Below, piece by piece: positions 8,198 through 18,583 of a stretch of DNA of 64,000 nucleotides. The notes below the pieces were generated by a model. That model did no database searches. It was not told the DNA's origin and saw only the letters and a list, made by a program, of their open reading frames with translations. The position numbers and the translations under genes were made by a program. Position 1 is the stretch's first letter, and each line of letters starts with the position of its first letter. The DNA is from a virus, in the IMG/VR virus record IMGVR_UViG_3300037308_000202, positions 11,159 to 75,158 of that record. The stretch is one strand, 5' to 3'.

Positions 8198-10198
8198 TTA
8201 CTGAATTTCTACAAGGAACGATTCCAGCCGTATATCCCAATTGGTCGCATTTTCCCAAAATACAACCGGGAAAACTTCTTGATCCACCGTAAAATCAACA
8301 CCGGTTAACGTGAAAAATCCGGGGTATTGTAGATAATAAGGAGCCGGCGCTATTCCGCCCGCATCCAGAGACCAAGCCATAGCGGTGCACACTACAACAC
8401 CCGCCGCAGTAGCATCACGGACTATACCCACGACATCGATAAAAATCGAAGTTTGATACGCGCCGCCCGAACCTTGCACGGTATGCCGATAAAGCGCCAA
8501 ATTTGACCCAATCATGGCGGTTGAACGACTGCCCAATACGATCGCAAATTGAGCAATGTAACCACCAGCTTGATCAGCAGCCATGCGCAACCGCGCATGA
8601 ATTACCGTACCAACGGCAACGGTATTGGCTTTTATTACACCGCCGGCAGCATAATAACCCCAGCTTGCTGGGTAACCGCCGCCACTACTCTTTTGCATAT
8701 TTTCTTGCACAGGATCCGACTCGATTACCGAGTCTAATGCCTGGTAGCGCGTGCCATCGTATTGGTGGATAAACGGCGCATCATCGCCCTTGATTCGCAA
8801 ACGAGTAACTGAATTTATCGTATGCTTCCAAGCGCCGTTGGTGTTGTCTGACCGGCCAAAACGAATAAAATCGTTCGCATCGAAATAAATGGCCGGACTG
8901 CCGCCGGCGAATCCAAGAAAATAATTCGCGTCTACCACTGACAGCGTATCATCGATCGGTGTGCCATTATGTCCAATTACCGCGCCGTAGTAACTCCGCA
9001 AGCCCGTGGTTACCAAGTCCACAACGGGGTTTGTCGCGATAATGAATTTGAACGCGTCGCCTGTACGGTCGTAATACAGACGATCCACATCTGTGCGGTC
9101 AAAATAAATCGTCGGCGCCGTCAGGTTGTATGACATTGCGAAATCAGAATCACCAAGCGTGATTTCGTCGTCGTTGATTTGCGCTGCCGTGGCAGAGTAG
9201 CCAACCGCTAAACCACCTGACCGAACGTTAGCGTCGCCGTAAAATGAGGCTAGCGAAGCGTCTACCGAAAAAATCGTGCTACCGTAGCCACCGATAAACC
9301 ACTGGAAAATATTGGCGCCGCGATGATAGTAAAACCCGTCAACCGCGATCTCGTCGGTATGGAAATACGGATTACCGCCGGACAATTTCAGGTTGAAATT
9401 GGTATCTCCGATTGCGATGCGATCCTCAACCGGCGCGGCGTCGAAACCGATATTCATGCCACCGATATCGCGATCCCACCAACGGCGCAGACCTCGGCCT
9501 TTCACATCCTCGAGGCACTGGCGGACCGCAGCCAAAAACGTGTGCAAATCGTGCGCACCGTAGGTTTTGCGCGTCGCGTTTCGGTCGTTGGCCCCGCCGC
9601 CACCGTCAGTGCTCCAGCTTGAACGGTAGGCTTGATCAACTTCGCCCTCGAAAAAGAAATTGCGGCGATCGGTAAAGCTCGAAATCAGACCGCCGGCAAT
9701 CACCGCGTCGGCAACCTTGGTCCAGTCCGCGCCTGGCGAAGTCAGCTCGACACGCACCGACCAATTGGCCAAGCGGCGCGTCGCGGTTGTTTGCGCAATT
9801 TCGGAACCAAGACCTGCGGGATTCCAAAAAGCTCGGCTCAAGCTTTCGCCGTCGATCAAATCGAAGCGCAGATAAACGCCGTATGTACCGTTGGCAAAGC
9901 CGCTAATGTCGACGATCCGGCTCAGCTCACCTTCGGTCGTAAAGGCGCCATAAAACACCTGGCCAACTTCGCGCTGTGCGAATATCGCGCGCCCACGGGT
10001 AACCGTGACGTTTGCCGTGCCCGTGCCCGTCGCTTCAAACCCGCTCACGATCCACGAGCGAACCGGGCGCGCTGGGTCGGCGAAAAATTGCTCGAAATGC
10101 TGGCGTGATTGCGCCCGCAACGACTCGTCGACGGCAAAAAGGAAGTCGTCGAGATCCACGCGCTCATTGCTGGTGACTTTTAAAACACTCGTCGTCAT
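8198..10198 (-). CDS. Tail fibre / receptor-binding protein
   Basis: 666 aa, last large gene of the baseplate cluster; baseplate-anchor-like N-terminus, three internal ~55-aa beta repeats, aromatic-rich beta C-terminus. Confidence 0.65.
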   Translation of the reverse strand: MTTSVLKVTSNERVDLDDFLFAVDESLRAQSRQHFEQFFADPARPVRSWIVSGFEATGTGTANVTVTRGRAIFAQREVGQVFYGAFTTEGELSRIVDISGFANGTYGVYLRFDLIDGESLSRAFWNPAGLGSEIAQTTATRRLANWSVRVELTSPGADWTKVADAVIAGGLISSFTDRRNFFFEGEVDQAYRSSWSTDGGGGANDRNATRKTYGAHDLHTFLAAVRQCLEDVKGRGLRRWWDRDIGGMNIGFDAAPVEDRIAIGDTNFNLKLSGGNPYFHTDEIAVDGFYYHRGANIFQWFIGGYGSTIFSVDASLASFYGDANVRSGGLAVGYSATAAQINDDEITLGDSDFAMSYNLTAPTIYFDRTDVDRLYYDRTGDAFKFIIATNPVVDLVTTGLRSYYGAVIGHNGTPIDDTLSVVDANYFLGFAGGSPAIYFDANDFIRFGRSDNTNGAWKHTINSVTRLRIKGDDAPFIHQYDGTRYQALDSVIESDPVQENMQKSSGGGYPASWGYYAAGGVIKANTVAVGTVIHARLRMAADQAGGYIAQFAIVLGSRSTAMIGSNLALYRHTVQGSGGAYQTSIFIDVVGIVRDATAAGVVVCTAMAWSLDAGGIAPAPYYLQYPGFFTLTGVDFTVDQEVFPVVFWENATNWDIRLESFLVEIQ

Positions 10199-10201
10199 GG
10201 C

Positions 10202-12793
10202 TCAAACCTCGCGGTATTCAGGAATTACGCCAGCCGCCGTCAAGTCGTCCAAATACGCCTTCAGGAAGCCAAACGGATCTGTGATGTAAAACGGGTAATA
10301 CGCCCACAACACCGTGGGCAAGTCTTGCACGATCTCATTTTTGACCGAAAAATCGAGCATTATTAGCGCCGACAAAACCGCGCTGTAGTACACATCCACC
10401 ACAACGGGCGAATAAGGCAAAAACTGTCGCAGGGTAATTGTCGAGCCCGCGATCGTGCCCGCTTGACTCAGTAAGCAAGACATACCCGAATCAAGAACGA
10501 AATTCGGATTAAGCCGCCACGACAAACCCGCCTCGGTCACTGGCGAGCCTGGTGGAATCACGATCGCAATATTCGTTTCGGTCGGCAACGGTGTGTCCCA
10601 AAGCCCAAGGTCGGTATCGGTGTCGAGATCGTGCAAATACTGAATGACGTAGGCCCCATTATTCCCCTGGTCTGAATCGACAATCACGATCGATTTGCCC
10701 AAATCGTCGGGGTAGACAAATTGCTTGCCCGATTGTGGCACCACGATCCGATTATCCGTGCCGATTATCAAATTAGCAGACGCGTCGTTTAGCTTGCCCT
10801 GCACATCAACTTGATTGCCCGCGATAAACGCCGCAATTTCATAAACGCCATCACTATTGCCGCCGTACGCGTTCGTCACGTTGGCGCCGCTTAGCGTAAC
10901 CTGCTTGCCGACATCACCGGCGATAAAACCAAAAATCGTAATAGTTACGCGTTGCGGGAACGCAGGCGCCGTGGACGCGCCAAAGCTTCGCGCCCAATAT
11001 TCGGTAAATTCTTCGATGTAGAATCCGATGTGTTTTACACGCGCAACCTGACCGGTTACGGCCGCCACCAACACACCCCAAATCGTGGTTCGATTGATAC
11101 CAACGGGAAATAACGACCGTAATTGCGTGTCGATTAGCTGGCCGTTGACGTAAAATTCAACGTGCGATTGCCCGTATTTCCGCAATTCGATGTCGTGATA
11201 TACGTCTTTTGCCAAAATTGCAGTCACGCCAAGAAAACTGGTCAAATTCGCCGTCAACCCAACTTCAACGTGCGTCGCGTCGTATTCGCGCGTTCCCCAG
11301 TACATATAGCGGCCATTATCGGACAAACGCACCGCCCATTGATCCATGTCGGTTAGATTGGTGCTCCACGTGCCAGCCGAGCGGAAATTGACGCACATTT
11401 GAAACGTTATGTACGAATTTGAATTTACGCGCATCGACCGGTAATAACTCGGCGTTGATGTCCCCGACGTGTGCGTAAATTCCACGGCCTCGCCCGCAAT
11501 TTGCGTGACCTCGGTTGCTTCATTGCTGCCGGCGTAAGTCCACACCGGGACCGACGGCCCGCCGTCGTATTCGACCTGGGTGTCAGCGCTCGGTTTTTGA
11601 TTGCGAAAATCGCTCAACCGATCTTCGGGCCGCAACCGAATACTGTGGACCATGCCGCGCGTGACCACGGGATTTGCGACCACGACCGAGGTTGTTGACG
11701 AGCTTTGCCGATGCTCGGGTCCGGTAAGGTAGGTTTTGCCCGCGCTACCCGTGCCCACGACCGCGCCACCCAGCAAGCGGATAAATACCGTGCAGGGGTA
11801 GTTGATCAAGTCTTCCCACAGCTCGTAATTTCCTGCGCCAACCATCGCATCGAGGGCCAGCTCGAGCCCGAACATTGTGCCCCGGGGGTTGTACGCCAGG
11901 GCTTTGATGATCTCCCGAAACACATCATCGGATTCAAGGAATGGGTACCGCAAAACCCCCAAATTACGGCCCAAGGCGTTCAAATACTGGCCTTCGGCGT
12001 AGTCGACCAGAACGGACCGAATAAGCCGATCAACGCCCGACCAAGCGCCCGACAAGTCGGTTACCACCGCGCCCGGATCGTGTACCTGGCGAAACCCTGG
12101 TGTCGTGATCTCGTTCTCTTCGCGCGTGATATCCAAAAATTCCGCCGGCGTGGTTGTGCGCGCGCCGTAGCGGTACCAAATCCCGTCGAGCGCAATCGAG
12201 CCCACGTCGGGCCAGTCGAGCGTCGTTTCAACGGCGAGCGTGGTGCCGATAATTGCCGAGCGCGGCTCTGGTGACTTGTACGTCGAGTCTATGCCCGTCG
12301 GGATTGGCGCGCCGTGTGGGTTGGCGATCGTCACGTTGTAATGCGTGAACGCAAACGAAATATTGGTAATTTGGAACCAAAACCCCGTTGTTGTTCTGCG
12401 GATCCACATCCCGGTTGTAATTTGCGTCACGTTCGAAAAATCAACCGTGGTTGTGCCGTTCCACGTAATTGTGCCACCGAGCGCCGTTGCCGTCGGCCCC
12501 GTTGGGATCGTTTGACCCGCTGGATCGATCGTGACCGAAACCCCGGGCGTCACCGCCAAAACGCGAAACGGCCGACCACCGTCGACCAAGCGGATCCAGT
12601 CGCCCGCCGAAACCTCGGAGGTATCAGGCGCTAAAATCGTGTCAGTACCGGCCCACGCGTACGGGTGGGCAAGGTAGGCGTCGGTTGCGACCGCAGAGGT
12701 AACGCGCGTTTGGCGTAGCCCTCCGATCGTTGCGTCCTCGGTCGCGATCGCGTCGGCGACCGCCTGCACCCAATTGACTACTGGCAACGTCAT
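10202..12793 (-). CDS. Baseplate wedge/tail protein (P2 gpI-like core with accessory beta domains)
   Basis: YAEGQYLNALGRNLGVLRYP...DDVFREIIKAL...PRGT is typical of wedge proteins; lies downstream of baseplate J. Confidence 0.7.
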   Translation of the reverse strand: MTLPVVNWVQAVADAIATEDATIGGLRQTRVTSAVATDAYLAHPYAWAGTDTILAPDTSEVSAGDWIRLVDGGRPFRVLAVTPGVSVTIDPAGQTIPTGPTATALGGTITWNGTTTVDFSNVTQITTGMWIRRTTTGFWFQITNISFAFTHYNVTIANPHGAPIPTGIDSTYKSPEPRSAIIGTTLAVETTLDWPDVGSIALDGIWYRYGARTTTPAEFLDITREENEITTPGFRQVHDPGAVVTDLSGAWSGVDRLIRSVLVDYAEGQYLNALGRNLGVLRYPFLESDDVFREIIKALAYNPRGTMFGLELALDAMVGAGNYELWEDLINYPCTVFIRLLGGAVVGTGSAGKTYLTGPEHRQSSSTTSVVVANPVVTRGMVHSIRLRPEDRLSDFRNQKPSADTQVEYDGGPSVPVWTYAGSNEATEVTQIAGEAVEFTHTSGTSTPSYYRSMRVNSNSYITFQMCVNFRSAGTWSTNLTDMDQWAVRLSDNGRYMYWGTREYDATHVEVGLTANLTSFLGVTAILAKDVYHDIELRKYGQSHVEFYVNGQLIDTQLRSLFPVGINRTTIWGVLVAAVTGQVARVKHIGFYIEEFTEYWARSFGASTAPAFPQRVTITIFGFIAGDVGKQVTLSGANVTNAYGGNSDGVYEIAAFIAGNQVDVQGKLNDASANLIIGTDNRIVVPQSGKQFVYPDDLGKSIVIVDSDQGNNGAYVIQYLHDLDTDTDLGLWDTPLPTETNIAIVIPPGSPVTEAGLSWRLNPNFVLDSGMSCLLSQAGTIAGSTITLRQFLPYSPVVVDVYYSAVLSALIMLDFSVKNEIVQDLPTVLWAYYPFYITDPFGFLKAYLDDLTAAGVIPEYREV

Positions 12794-12796
12794 GGC

Positions 12797-13186
12797 TCAA
12801 ACCTCCTGGCGCACCGAGCGCGGGCCCAGGTCATAAAAGGGCGGCAGGACCTTGCGGACCGCGTGCACTGTGGTCAGGAAGCACCGCGGGAACGCCGTAA
12901 GGCCCGCGGCCAGCGTGGCCGGCGGCTCGAGGTTATCCACCCGTCGCACGACCACGTCGTGCGCGCCTTGCGCGATCAAGGGCGAATAACACCGGATCTC
13001 TTGGACGGTCAGCGCGTAGCAAGTGAAAACCCGGCCCGCGCGGCCCGACGGGCAGCGCGTGCCCGTCGACGTGTCCAAACGCACCTCATACGCCACGCCC
13101 AACTCGAACGTGCCCGCGACGCGTAGCAAGGTGCCACCGTCTTCGGCGACCTCGGCGGGCTCAACATCGGTGATTGTCAGCGCCAT
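12797..13186 (-). CDS. Small IPT/TIG-like Ig-fold baseplate-associated protein
   Basis: LTITDVEPAEVAEDGGTLLRVAGTF is an IPT/TIG-like start. Confidence 0.5.
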   Translation of the reverse strand: MALTITDVEPAEVAEDGGTLLRVAGTFELGVAYEVRLDTSTGTRCPSGRAGRVFTCYALTVQEIRCYSPLIAQGAHDVVVRRVDNLEPPATLAAGLTAFPRCFLTTVHAVRKVLPPFYDLGPRSVRQEV

Positions 13187-13195
13187 CGGAATACC

Positions 13196-14809
13196 TCACA
13201 GGACCGTGATATTTGAGCTGCTGGTGCGCGTGATTTGATCGTCGAGCAAAATCACGTCATCGGCCGGCGTGATCAAATCGACGTTGAGCACACCCGCCAC
13301 CGAGATCAACGCCGAAATCAAGCGCGCTCGGATCAAGTCACCTGACACCGGCAGCGTGTTGATGTAATTGACCGCCGCCGCGATCACTTCGGTGCGAACG
13401 TCCGCGTGGTCGTAGCCTTCCGCAACCGTAATCGTCAGCGTCACCGGTTGGATCAAAATCTGCGGCGTCTGCACGCGAACCATGCAGCCCGCGGCGCGAT
13501 AGCCGGGATAGGTCTGCCGATCGTTGGGATCGCCGTCAATCACTCGTTGGGCAAATTCAATTAGGCCGGTATACCGGATATACCCTGCGACAATTTTTTC
13601 GCCAGCAACCAGCGGCATGGTGAAAATCACCTGGCCCCTGGTTGGGTCCAAGGTGTAATCAACGCCCGCTGTCAAATTACCGTTCACGTCCGACGCGAGC
13701 CGCACGGGCAGCACGTCTTTGATCGCGATATTGTCGAGAAATAGCCGCGTTTCACCGCCCACCGCTTCGTCGGTAGGTGAAAGGCCTTCGGTTACGATGT
13801 CGAGCGCGATGCTGCTCGAGGTAGCGCCCGTCGGTATTGTGTCAGCGCCCGGGTTTAAAATCGTAATTGAGGTATTCGGCACCAGGCTTGTGATCTCGAA
13901 CCACTGGCCATCGGCATCGAGGCGGATCCAGTCGCCCGCAACCACCTCAGACGTATCGGGCGTGGTAATTGTCGTCGTGCCGTTCCACGTGAGCACCGCC
14001 GCGATCGGCGTGGCGTAGTCGGCGACCGCTTCCGCCGAGCCCGTGCCATCGTCGATGTAGACGATCGAAAATCCACGATTTACCACGTCCTCCTGCAGCT
14101 TCGCGTACAAAATCGTTTTTCCTGACACGGGATCGCGCTGGCCCACCAAACCGAATTCGATCGCCGACGGTTGGCAGCGCGCCAAACTCGTAACGTACGC
14201 TTTCAGGCGCCGGCGAAACGAATCGTCGCTTTCTTGGTCGGCGCCGAGCGCCGTGCCCGCCGTGTTTGTCACCGAGTCAACGCCGTTGGGCTTCGAGACA
14301 AAGCGCGTAATCGTGTTGACCGCTACGTTACCCGTCGTGCCCGCGGTATCGGCCTCGATCGCGACGTAGCCAGAATCACGGCCCACGCCGTGGCCTGAAA
14401 TCAATTCGCCCGATGTCGGTGTAATTTCGCCCGCTGCCAACGTCGAGAAAATCACACCGGCCGAGGTTTTAACGCGCGTGCCTGCTGGGATAACCGTTGT
14501 GCCTGTGGTCCCCGAACGCGAAAATACTACCGTACCCGTCGCCTTGTGCGCGCCTTCGCGCGTGACAACCCCGGGTTGTATTTCTTTGGCGCGTTCGTCT
14601 AGGTCTTTGCCCGACGCGGTATCGATCGAAAATAGCTGCAGCACCAAAAACATTTGGTACCACTGCTCGGAATCCTGGCGCGCGGAAGCGGCCAAAATAT
14701 GCTTTGTTACCGACGTATCGGTAATATCGACCATGCCCGCGCGCGTGGCGATCGACGCCAGCATTTGCGCCAAAATCTGCTCATATCGTCGAACTTCAAA
14801 AATAGGCAT
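13196..14809 (-). CDS. Baseplate J-like protein
   Basis: A.KATGTVVFSR...IPAGTRV, GTTGNVAVNTIT, GADQESDDSFRRR, C-terminal GVLNV motifs. Confidence 0.9.
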   Translation of the reverse strand: MPIFEVRRYEQILAQMLASIATRAGMVDITDTSVTKHILAASARQDSEQWYQMFLVLQLFSIDTASGKDLDERAKEIQPGVVTREGAHKATGTVVFSRSGTTGTTVIPAGTRVKTSAGVIFSTLAAGEITPTSGELISGHGVGRDSGYVAIEADTAGTTGNVAVNTITRFVSKPNGVDSVTNTAGTALGADQESDDSFRRRLKAYVTSLARCQPSAIEFGLVGQRDPVSGKTILYAKLQEDVVNRGFSIVYIDDGTGSAEAVADYATPIAAVLTWNGTTTITTPDTSEVVAGDWIRLDADGQWFEITSLVPNTSITILNPGADTIPTGATSSSIALDIVTEGLSPTDEAVGGETRLFLDNIAIKDVLPVRLASDVNGNLTAGVDYTLDPTRGQVIFTMPLVAGEKIVAGYIRYTGLIEFAQRVIDGDPNDRQTYPGYRAAGCMVRVQTPQILIQPVTLTITVAEGYDHADVRTEVIAAAVNYINTLPVSGDLIRARLISALISVAGVLNVDLITPADDVILLDDQITRTSSSNITVL

Positions 14810-14821
14810 CGCAGTAACTCC

Positions 14822-16732
14822 TTACGGCGCAATGCGCACACGCTCGCCGCTATCCCAGCCGCGAATTTCCAAAGTAGCTTCGATGGCGAGCGTATCGCCC
14901 TCGCCCACGAGAGTCACGTTACGAGCGAGCGCGACGCGTGGATCTTGCGTCAGCGACGCGACCACCGACGATTTCGAGGCCTCGTAATCGACGATCACGT
15001 TTTTGGTGCCAATCACGTTGGTTAGGCCGACCTCCCGATAGAGCTGGTCAGTGCCGCGATCCGTCCGCAAGCGCAACGTCATCGCCTGCGCCAAGTTTGC
15101 GAACCCGGCGACCTGCCGCGCATCGCCACCGCCTGACTCGGTATCGATCTCGGCGCCGTACACCGTGGCGCCCGGGCGCCCGCCCACGACCACCAGCGCG
15201 ATATCGCGCCCCATCAGCTTGTTTTCGCTCGTCGCCTCCGGGCGCACGCCGAGCACCGCCGGCGTCGGCGAGCGCTCCACCGGTTGGGAGAAGTCTGGGA
15301 TCAGGATCCGATCGCCGATCGTCAGCGCGCCCCGAAAGGGCGAATCAGCGCGCGTCAGGTCGGCGCCAGCTTGATCCGACAGAAACGGCGGGTGCAGTCC
15401 GTTCGCCGCGGCAAGGTAGGTCCAAAGCCGTCCATTGCCGAGGTAACGCGAAGCCAAGCTCACCAGCGTGTCGCCCGCCCGAATCGTCTGGTAGCGCCCG
15501 CCCGTGTACGCGCGCACCTCCCGACCTGCTTTGCCCTTCGCTCGAGCCGTCGACACGTCGCCCGTGGTGGTCTGCGTGCCGAGCGCGGCGACCTCAGCGA
15601 GCGAGCCCGGCGTTACCGGCTGCGACGACGTACCCACCTGAGAATCGCTCAGCGTCAAAAACGGATCTTCGTACCCGCGCAAATCCGAAATTGCCTTGTC
15701 GAGCGGCTGGCGAAAATCCGATGGGTTTACGCCGAGCCGTTCAAGCGAATCGCTCAGCGTGCGAATTTTCATCAGCGTATGAAGCGGGAGATTATACGCA
15801 GCGTAACCCGCTTCCTCCAATTCAAAAACCGTCTGCAGCGAATTTTCGATTAAGTCGACCGTCTGCGTTACCACCGTGAACGGGATATTGATTATATCAG
15901 TTACACCGTTCACGAAATCTTGCGCCGCGTCAACCACTGCCGACACGTTGTTGATAATTCCGGTAAAATTCGTAACAACGTTTTCAAGCTCTTGCCCAAC
16001 CGCCGTCAATTCATCGATCGCACCTTGGGCCATGCCGATGGCGTCGCGAATTGACTGCGCCGTATTTCGCAGCTCGTCCAAAATGCTCGCGTCGGTTGAA
16101 TCTTTATTCGCAAGCAACGTCGCGGGCGCAATTACCAACAACTCGATTTCGTACCGGTACAGCACGCGATCGCTTTTATCACGCGTCAACCGAAACATTT
16201 TCGGCGTTACAAGCCAGGCCTCCTCGTCGCGGTAATTATGGAAAATCATTTGCGTCTCGGGCGCGTATGATGGATCGCGCACAAGATCGCCGTACATGCG
16301 AAAAACAGCGTCTTGCAGGTAATGGAAGTGCCGTTGACCTGACAATTTGCGCAAATTCACCGAGCGCAATTCACGGCCCCAGGTCCGGTTGTCGAATTTC
16401 GCCGACAAACTGGTTGCGCCATAACCGCCCGATTTACCCTTGGGCGCAAACCCTGTGGTGCCCGATATTCGAATCGTGCGACGCACTAGGCCGCTTTCTT
16501 CGGCGTAAATACCACCGGCTTGGGTGTACGTTGCTTCAACGCCAAACTCTTCGTCCATGCTGTAATTTTCAGGTGGGATTACCAGCGGGAAAAAGAACAC
16601 CGGACTGCCTGCAGTTTGCGCGAGACTTGGCGGGATCCGCAGCTCAAACGATAGCGTCAAGCCGGTCCAAAATTTGGTATCCCCGGCCGACTGTTGCCGC
16701 TCAAGCTCGGTTAGTTGCTCAGCTAAACCCAT
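14822..16732 (-). CDS. Baseplate protein: tube-initiator/Dit-like N-terminus + LysM + gp25-like wedge C-terminus
   Basis: YQTIRAGDTLVSLASRYLGNGRLWTYLAAANGL is a LysM-like motif; C-terminal NLAQAMTLRLRT...LTQDPRV is gp25-like; ATG at 16732 follows AGGAGG. Confidence 0.75.
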   Translation of the reverse strand: MGLAEQLTELERQQSAGDTKFWTGLTLSFELRIPPSLAQTAGSPVFFFPLVIPPENYSMDEEFGVEATYTQAGGIYAEESGLVRRTIRISGTTGFAPKGKSGGYGATSLSAKFDNRTWGRELRSVNLRKLSGQRHFHYLQDAVFRMYGDLVRDPSYAPETQMIFHNYRDEEAWLVTPKMFRLTRDKSDRVLYRYEIELLVIAPATLLANKDSTDASILDELRNTAQSIRDAIGMAQGAIDELTAVGQELENVVTNFTGIINNVSAVVDAAQDFVNGVTDIINIPFTVVTQTVDLIENSLQTVFELEEAGYAAYNLPLHTLMKIRTLSDSLERLGVNPSDFRQPLDKAISDLRGYEDPFLTLSDSQVGTSSQPVTPGSLAEVAALGTQTTTGDVSTARAKGKAGREVRAYTGGRYQTIRAGDTLVSLASRYLGNGRLWTYLAAANGLHPPFLSDQAGADLTRADSPFRGALTIGDRILIPDFSQPVERSPTPAVLGVRPEATSENKLMGRDIALVVVGGRPGATVYGAEIDTESGGGDARQVAGFANLAQAMTLRLRTDRGTDQLYREVGLTNVIGTKNVIVDYEASKSSVVASLTQDPRVALARNVTLVGEGDTLAIEATLEIRGWDSGERVRIAP

Positions 16733-16744
16733 GTGCAAACCTCC

Positions 16745-17305
16745 TCAGCTAATTACGGTGCGATCAGTTACGCGCAGCCAACTGAACCCGTCGGAAAAAG
16801 CCGGCACCGCGCCGCCCGATGCGTCTGAAACGTAAATCAGGCGTCCCGCGGGCGCGACTGGTGGCAGCGCTGTTTTTAGAAAGCTCGGCAGCTCGTGCGG
16901 CTCGGTGTTGAAGGCGTTGGCAATTGCCCGCGAAAACGTGTCGACGTTGCCCGAACTACTCAGCGAATCCGGTAGCGTTGTCATCGCTCGCGCCGTCGGT
17001 GTTGAGCCCGCGGGATAACTGCCGATCCCGTAGGTGTCTTCAACCGTCACGCTCACGTTGGGATTTATCGCGGTAATTTTGTACCAGTACCCATGCGCCA
17101 CGAGCTTGATAAAATCGCCCAGCACGACCTCGGACGTATTTGCGCATAGCAGTAAAGCCGAGGCGCCGCTGCCACCAGGCCAGGTATAGGTCGCAGACAA
17201 ATTTTTTGGGTTACCGGATGGATCGCGCTCTTGCACATCGATTTGCGCGTATTGGGCATCAAGCTCGGTTTCGAGGTTTGCCGAAATTGCGGTTTCAATA
17301 CTCAT
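16745..17305 (-). CDS. Hypothetical baseplate-associated protein
   Basis: 186 aa; shares the TSEVxxGDxIxL beta domain with baseplate J; C-terminal RLIYVSDASGGAVPAFSDG..W is a fibre-like motif. Confidence 0.55.
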   Translation of the reverse strand: MSIETAISANLETELDAQYAQIDVQERDPSGNPKNLSATYTWPGGSGASALLLCANTSEVVLGDFIKLVAHGYWYKITAINPNVSVTVEDTYGIGSYPAGSTPTARAMTTLPDSLSSSGNVDTFSRAIANAFNTEPHELPSFLKTALPPVAPAGRLIYVSDASGGAVPAFSDGFSWLRVTDRTVIS

Positions 17306-17308
17306 GGC

Positions 17309-18580
17309 TCACTTGTCCAGTTTTACGCGTGTCGACTGCGTCGCCCCTGGGTCGGCAGCGTCCGTAAAAAGTCCAGAATAACGCGGCGGTACTGGTGGGA
17401 TTTTGGGGCCCACGTATTCACTAACATTCCCAGGCGGCACTGCGTCCATTGGCGCGTTAGCTGCCTTAGCCTCCGCCTGTGTCTGCGCATTGAAGGGCGG
17501 ATCGCCGACGGAAGGCGGGAAATACACGAGCGGTGATTTGACATTTTCGATCAACGGTTTGACGGGGTTTGGGATCAACGGAAACCAGTGCATTTCTTGC
17601 GGGTGTCGGTGCATCGCCACGTCGTCGGCGAGGGCGCGCAACTCGTCACGAATACGCCTCAGCTCGGCTTGCACCTTCGAATCGACCGGCACCCACTCCC
17701 CCGCCGGGCTCGCGCCCAGCTCGAGCACCTGGCCGGCGGCATCGATGAAAAAGCGGGTGTCCTCGTCTACGAAATGGATATCGGCCGCGTCGCGGGTGAG
17801 CTGCAGCCGCACCTTGGGCACCGGCGCCGCTGGGTCGGCCATCTCTTCCAGCGTGACCTCGAAAGCAGCGTCACGCGGCAATTGATAGCGTTGCGTGCCC
17901 TTGCCGGTCGTATCCGGCGGGGGCTCGTGGCCAACGCTGTCCAGCGCGCCATTATGCGCGAAACGCGTGTCGACCAGAAAATTGCCGTCGGTCTCCACGC
18001 CGTACAGCGTACCGTGGTGCTTCCAAATACTCGGATCGCCGTCGACCACGCGCAACCGCATGTCGCGCCGCTCGTTCGGCGCCGAATCGCGCTTATCGAC
18101 CTGTGGGTGTGGGATTGCGGCGACAATCACCGGCATGTCCGGCCGGTTGTCGATGAACCCGACCAGCACGTGATCGCCATCCCATTGCCCCGGGTCATTC
18201 GCCGCGCTCACACCCTGCAGCGTTTGGCCTTCGGCGACCGTGCCCGACACGTTCTTGGTGGTCGCGCGGGGCCGCCAGATCTTCCCGTTGTGCAAACCCG
18301 AGCCCAACGGTTGCGCGACCAAAACGCGACTCTTGAGCACCCACCGCGCCCGGCTCGAGCCGTAGCACAGAACATCGCAGTACATTTCGGGCGGATCGAA
18401 CCCTTCGGGCATGTAGTCCGTCGCAGGGTGGGATCCATCGTCCACGACGTAGACCGCCACGACCACACCCCGCAAAAGCAGACCCGCGGCCTCGGTCATG
18501 CCGCGTGAATTCGGCTGCTTTGGCGTCGCGCTTTGGTAGCGATGTCCGTTCGGACCAACAACCGACACGTAATTTGCCAT
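17309..18580 (-). CDS. Baseplate central spike (gp5/gpV-like OB-fold protein)
   Basis: GDHVLVGFIDNRPDMPVIV OB-fold motif; C-terminal HRH metal-binding tip motif; lies downstream of the hub gene. Confidence 0.7.
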   Translation of the reverse strand: MANYVSVVGPNGHRYQSATPKQPNSRGMTEAAGLLLRGVVVAVYVVDDGSHPATDYMPEGFDPPEMYCDVLCYGSSRARWVLKSRVLVAQPLGSGLHNGKIWRPRATTKNVSGTVAEGQTLQGVSAANDPGQWDGDHVLVGFIDNRPDMPVIVAAIPHPQVDKRDSAPNERRDMRLRVVDGDPSIWKHHGTLYGVETDGNFLVDTRFAHNGALDSVGHEPPPDTTGKGTQRYQLPRDAAFEVTLEEMADPAAPVPKVRLQLTRDAADIHFVDEDTRFFIDAAGQVLELGASPAGEWVPVDSKVQAELRRIRDELRALADDVAMHRHPQEMHWFPLIPNPVKPLIENVKSPLVYFPPSVGDPPFNAQTQAEAKAANAPMDAVPPGNVSEYVGPKIPPVPPRYSGLFTDAADPGATQSTRVKLDK

Positions 18581-18583
18581 GCG

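Noticed and set aside
8198-10198. Diversity-generating retroelement acting on the fibre
   Set aside because: No reverse transcriptase and no near-identical template/variable repeat pair seen in the window
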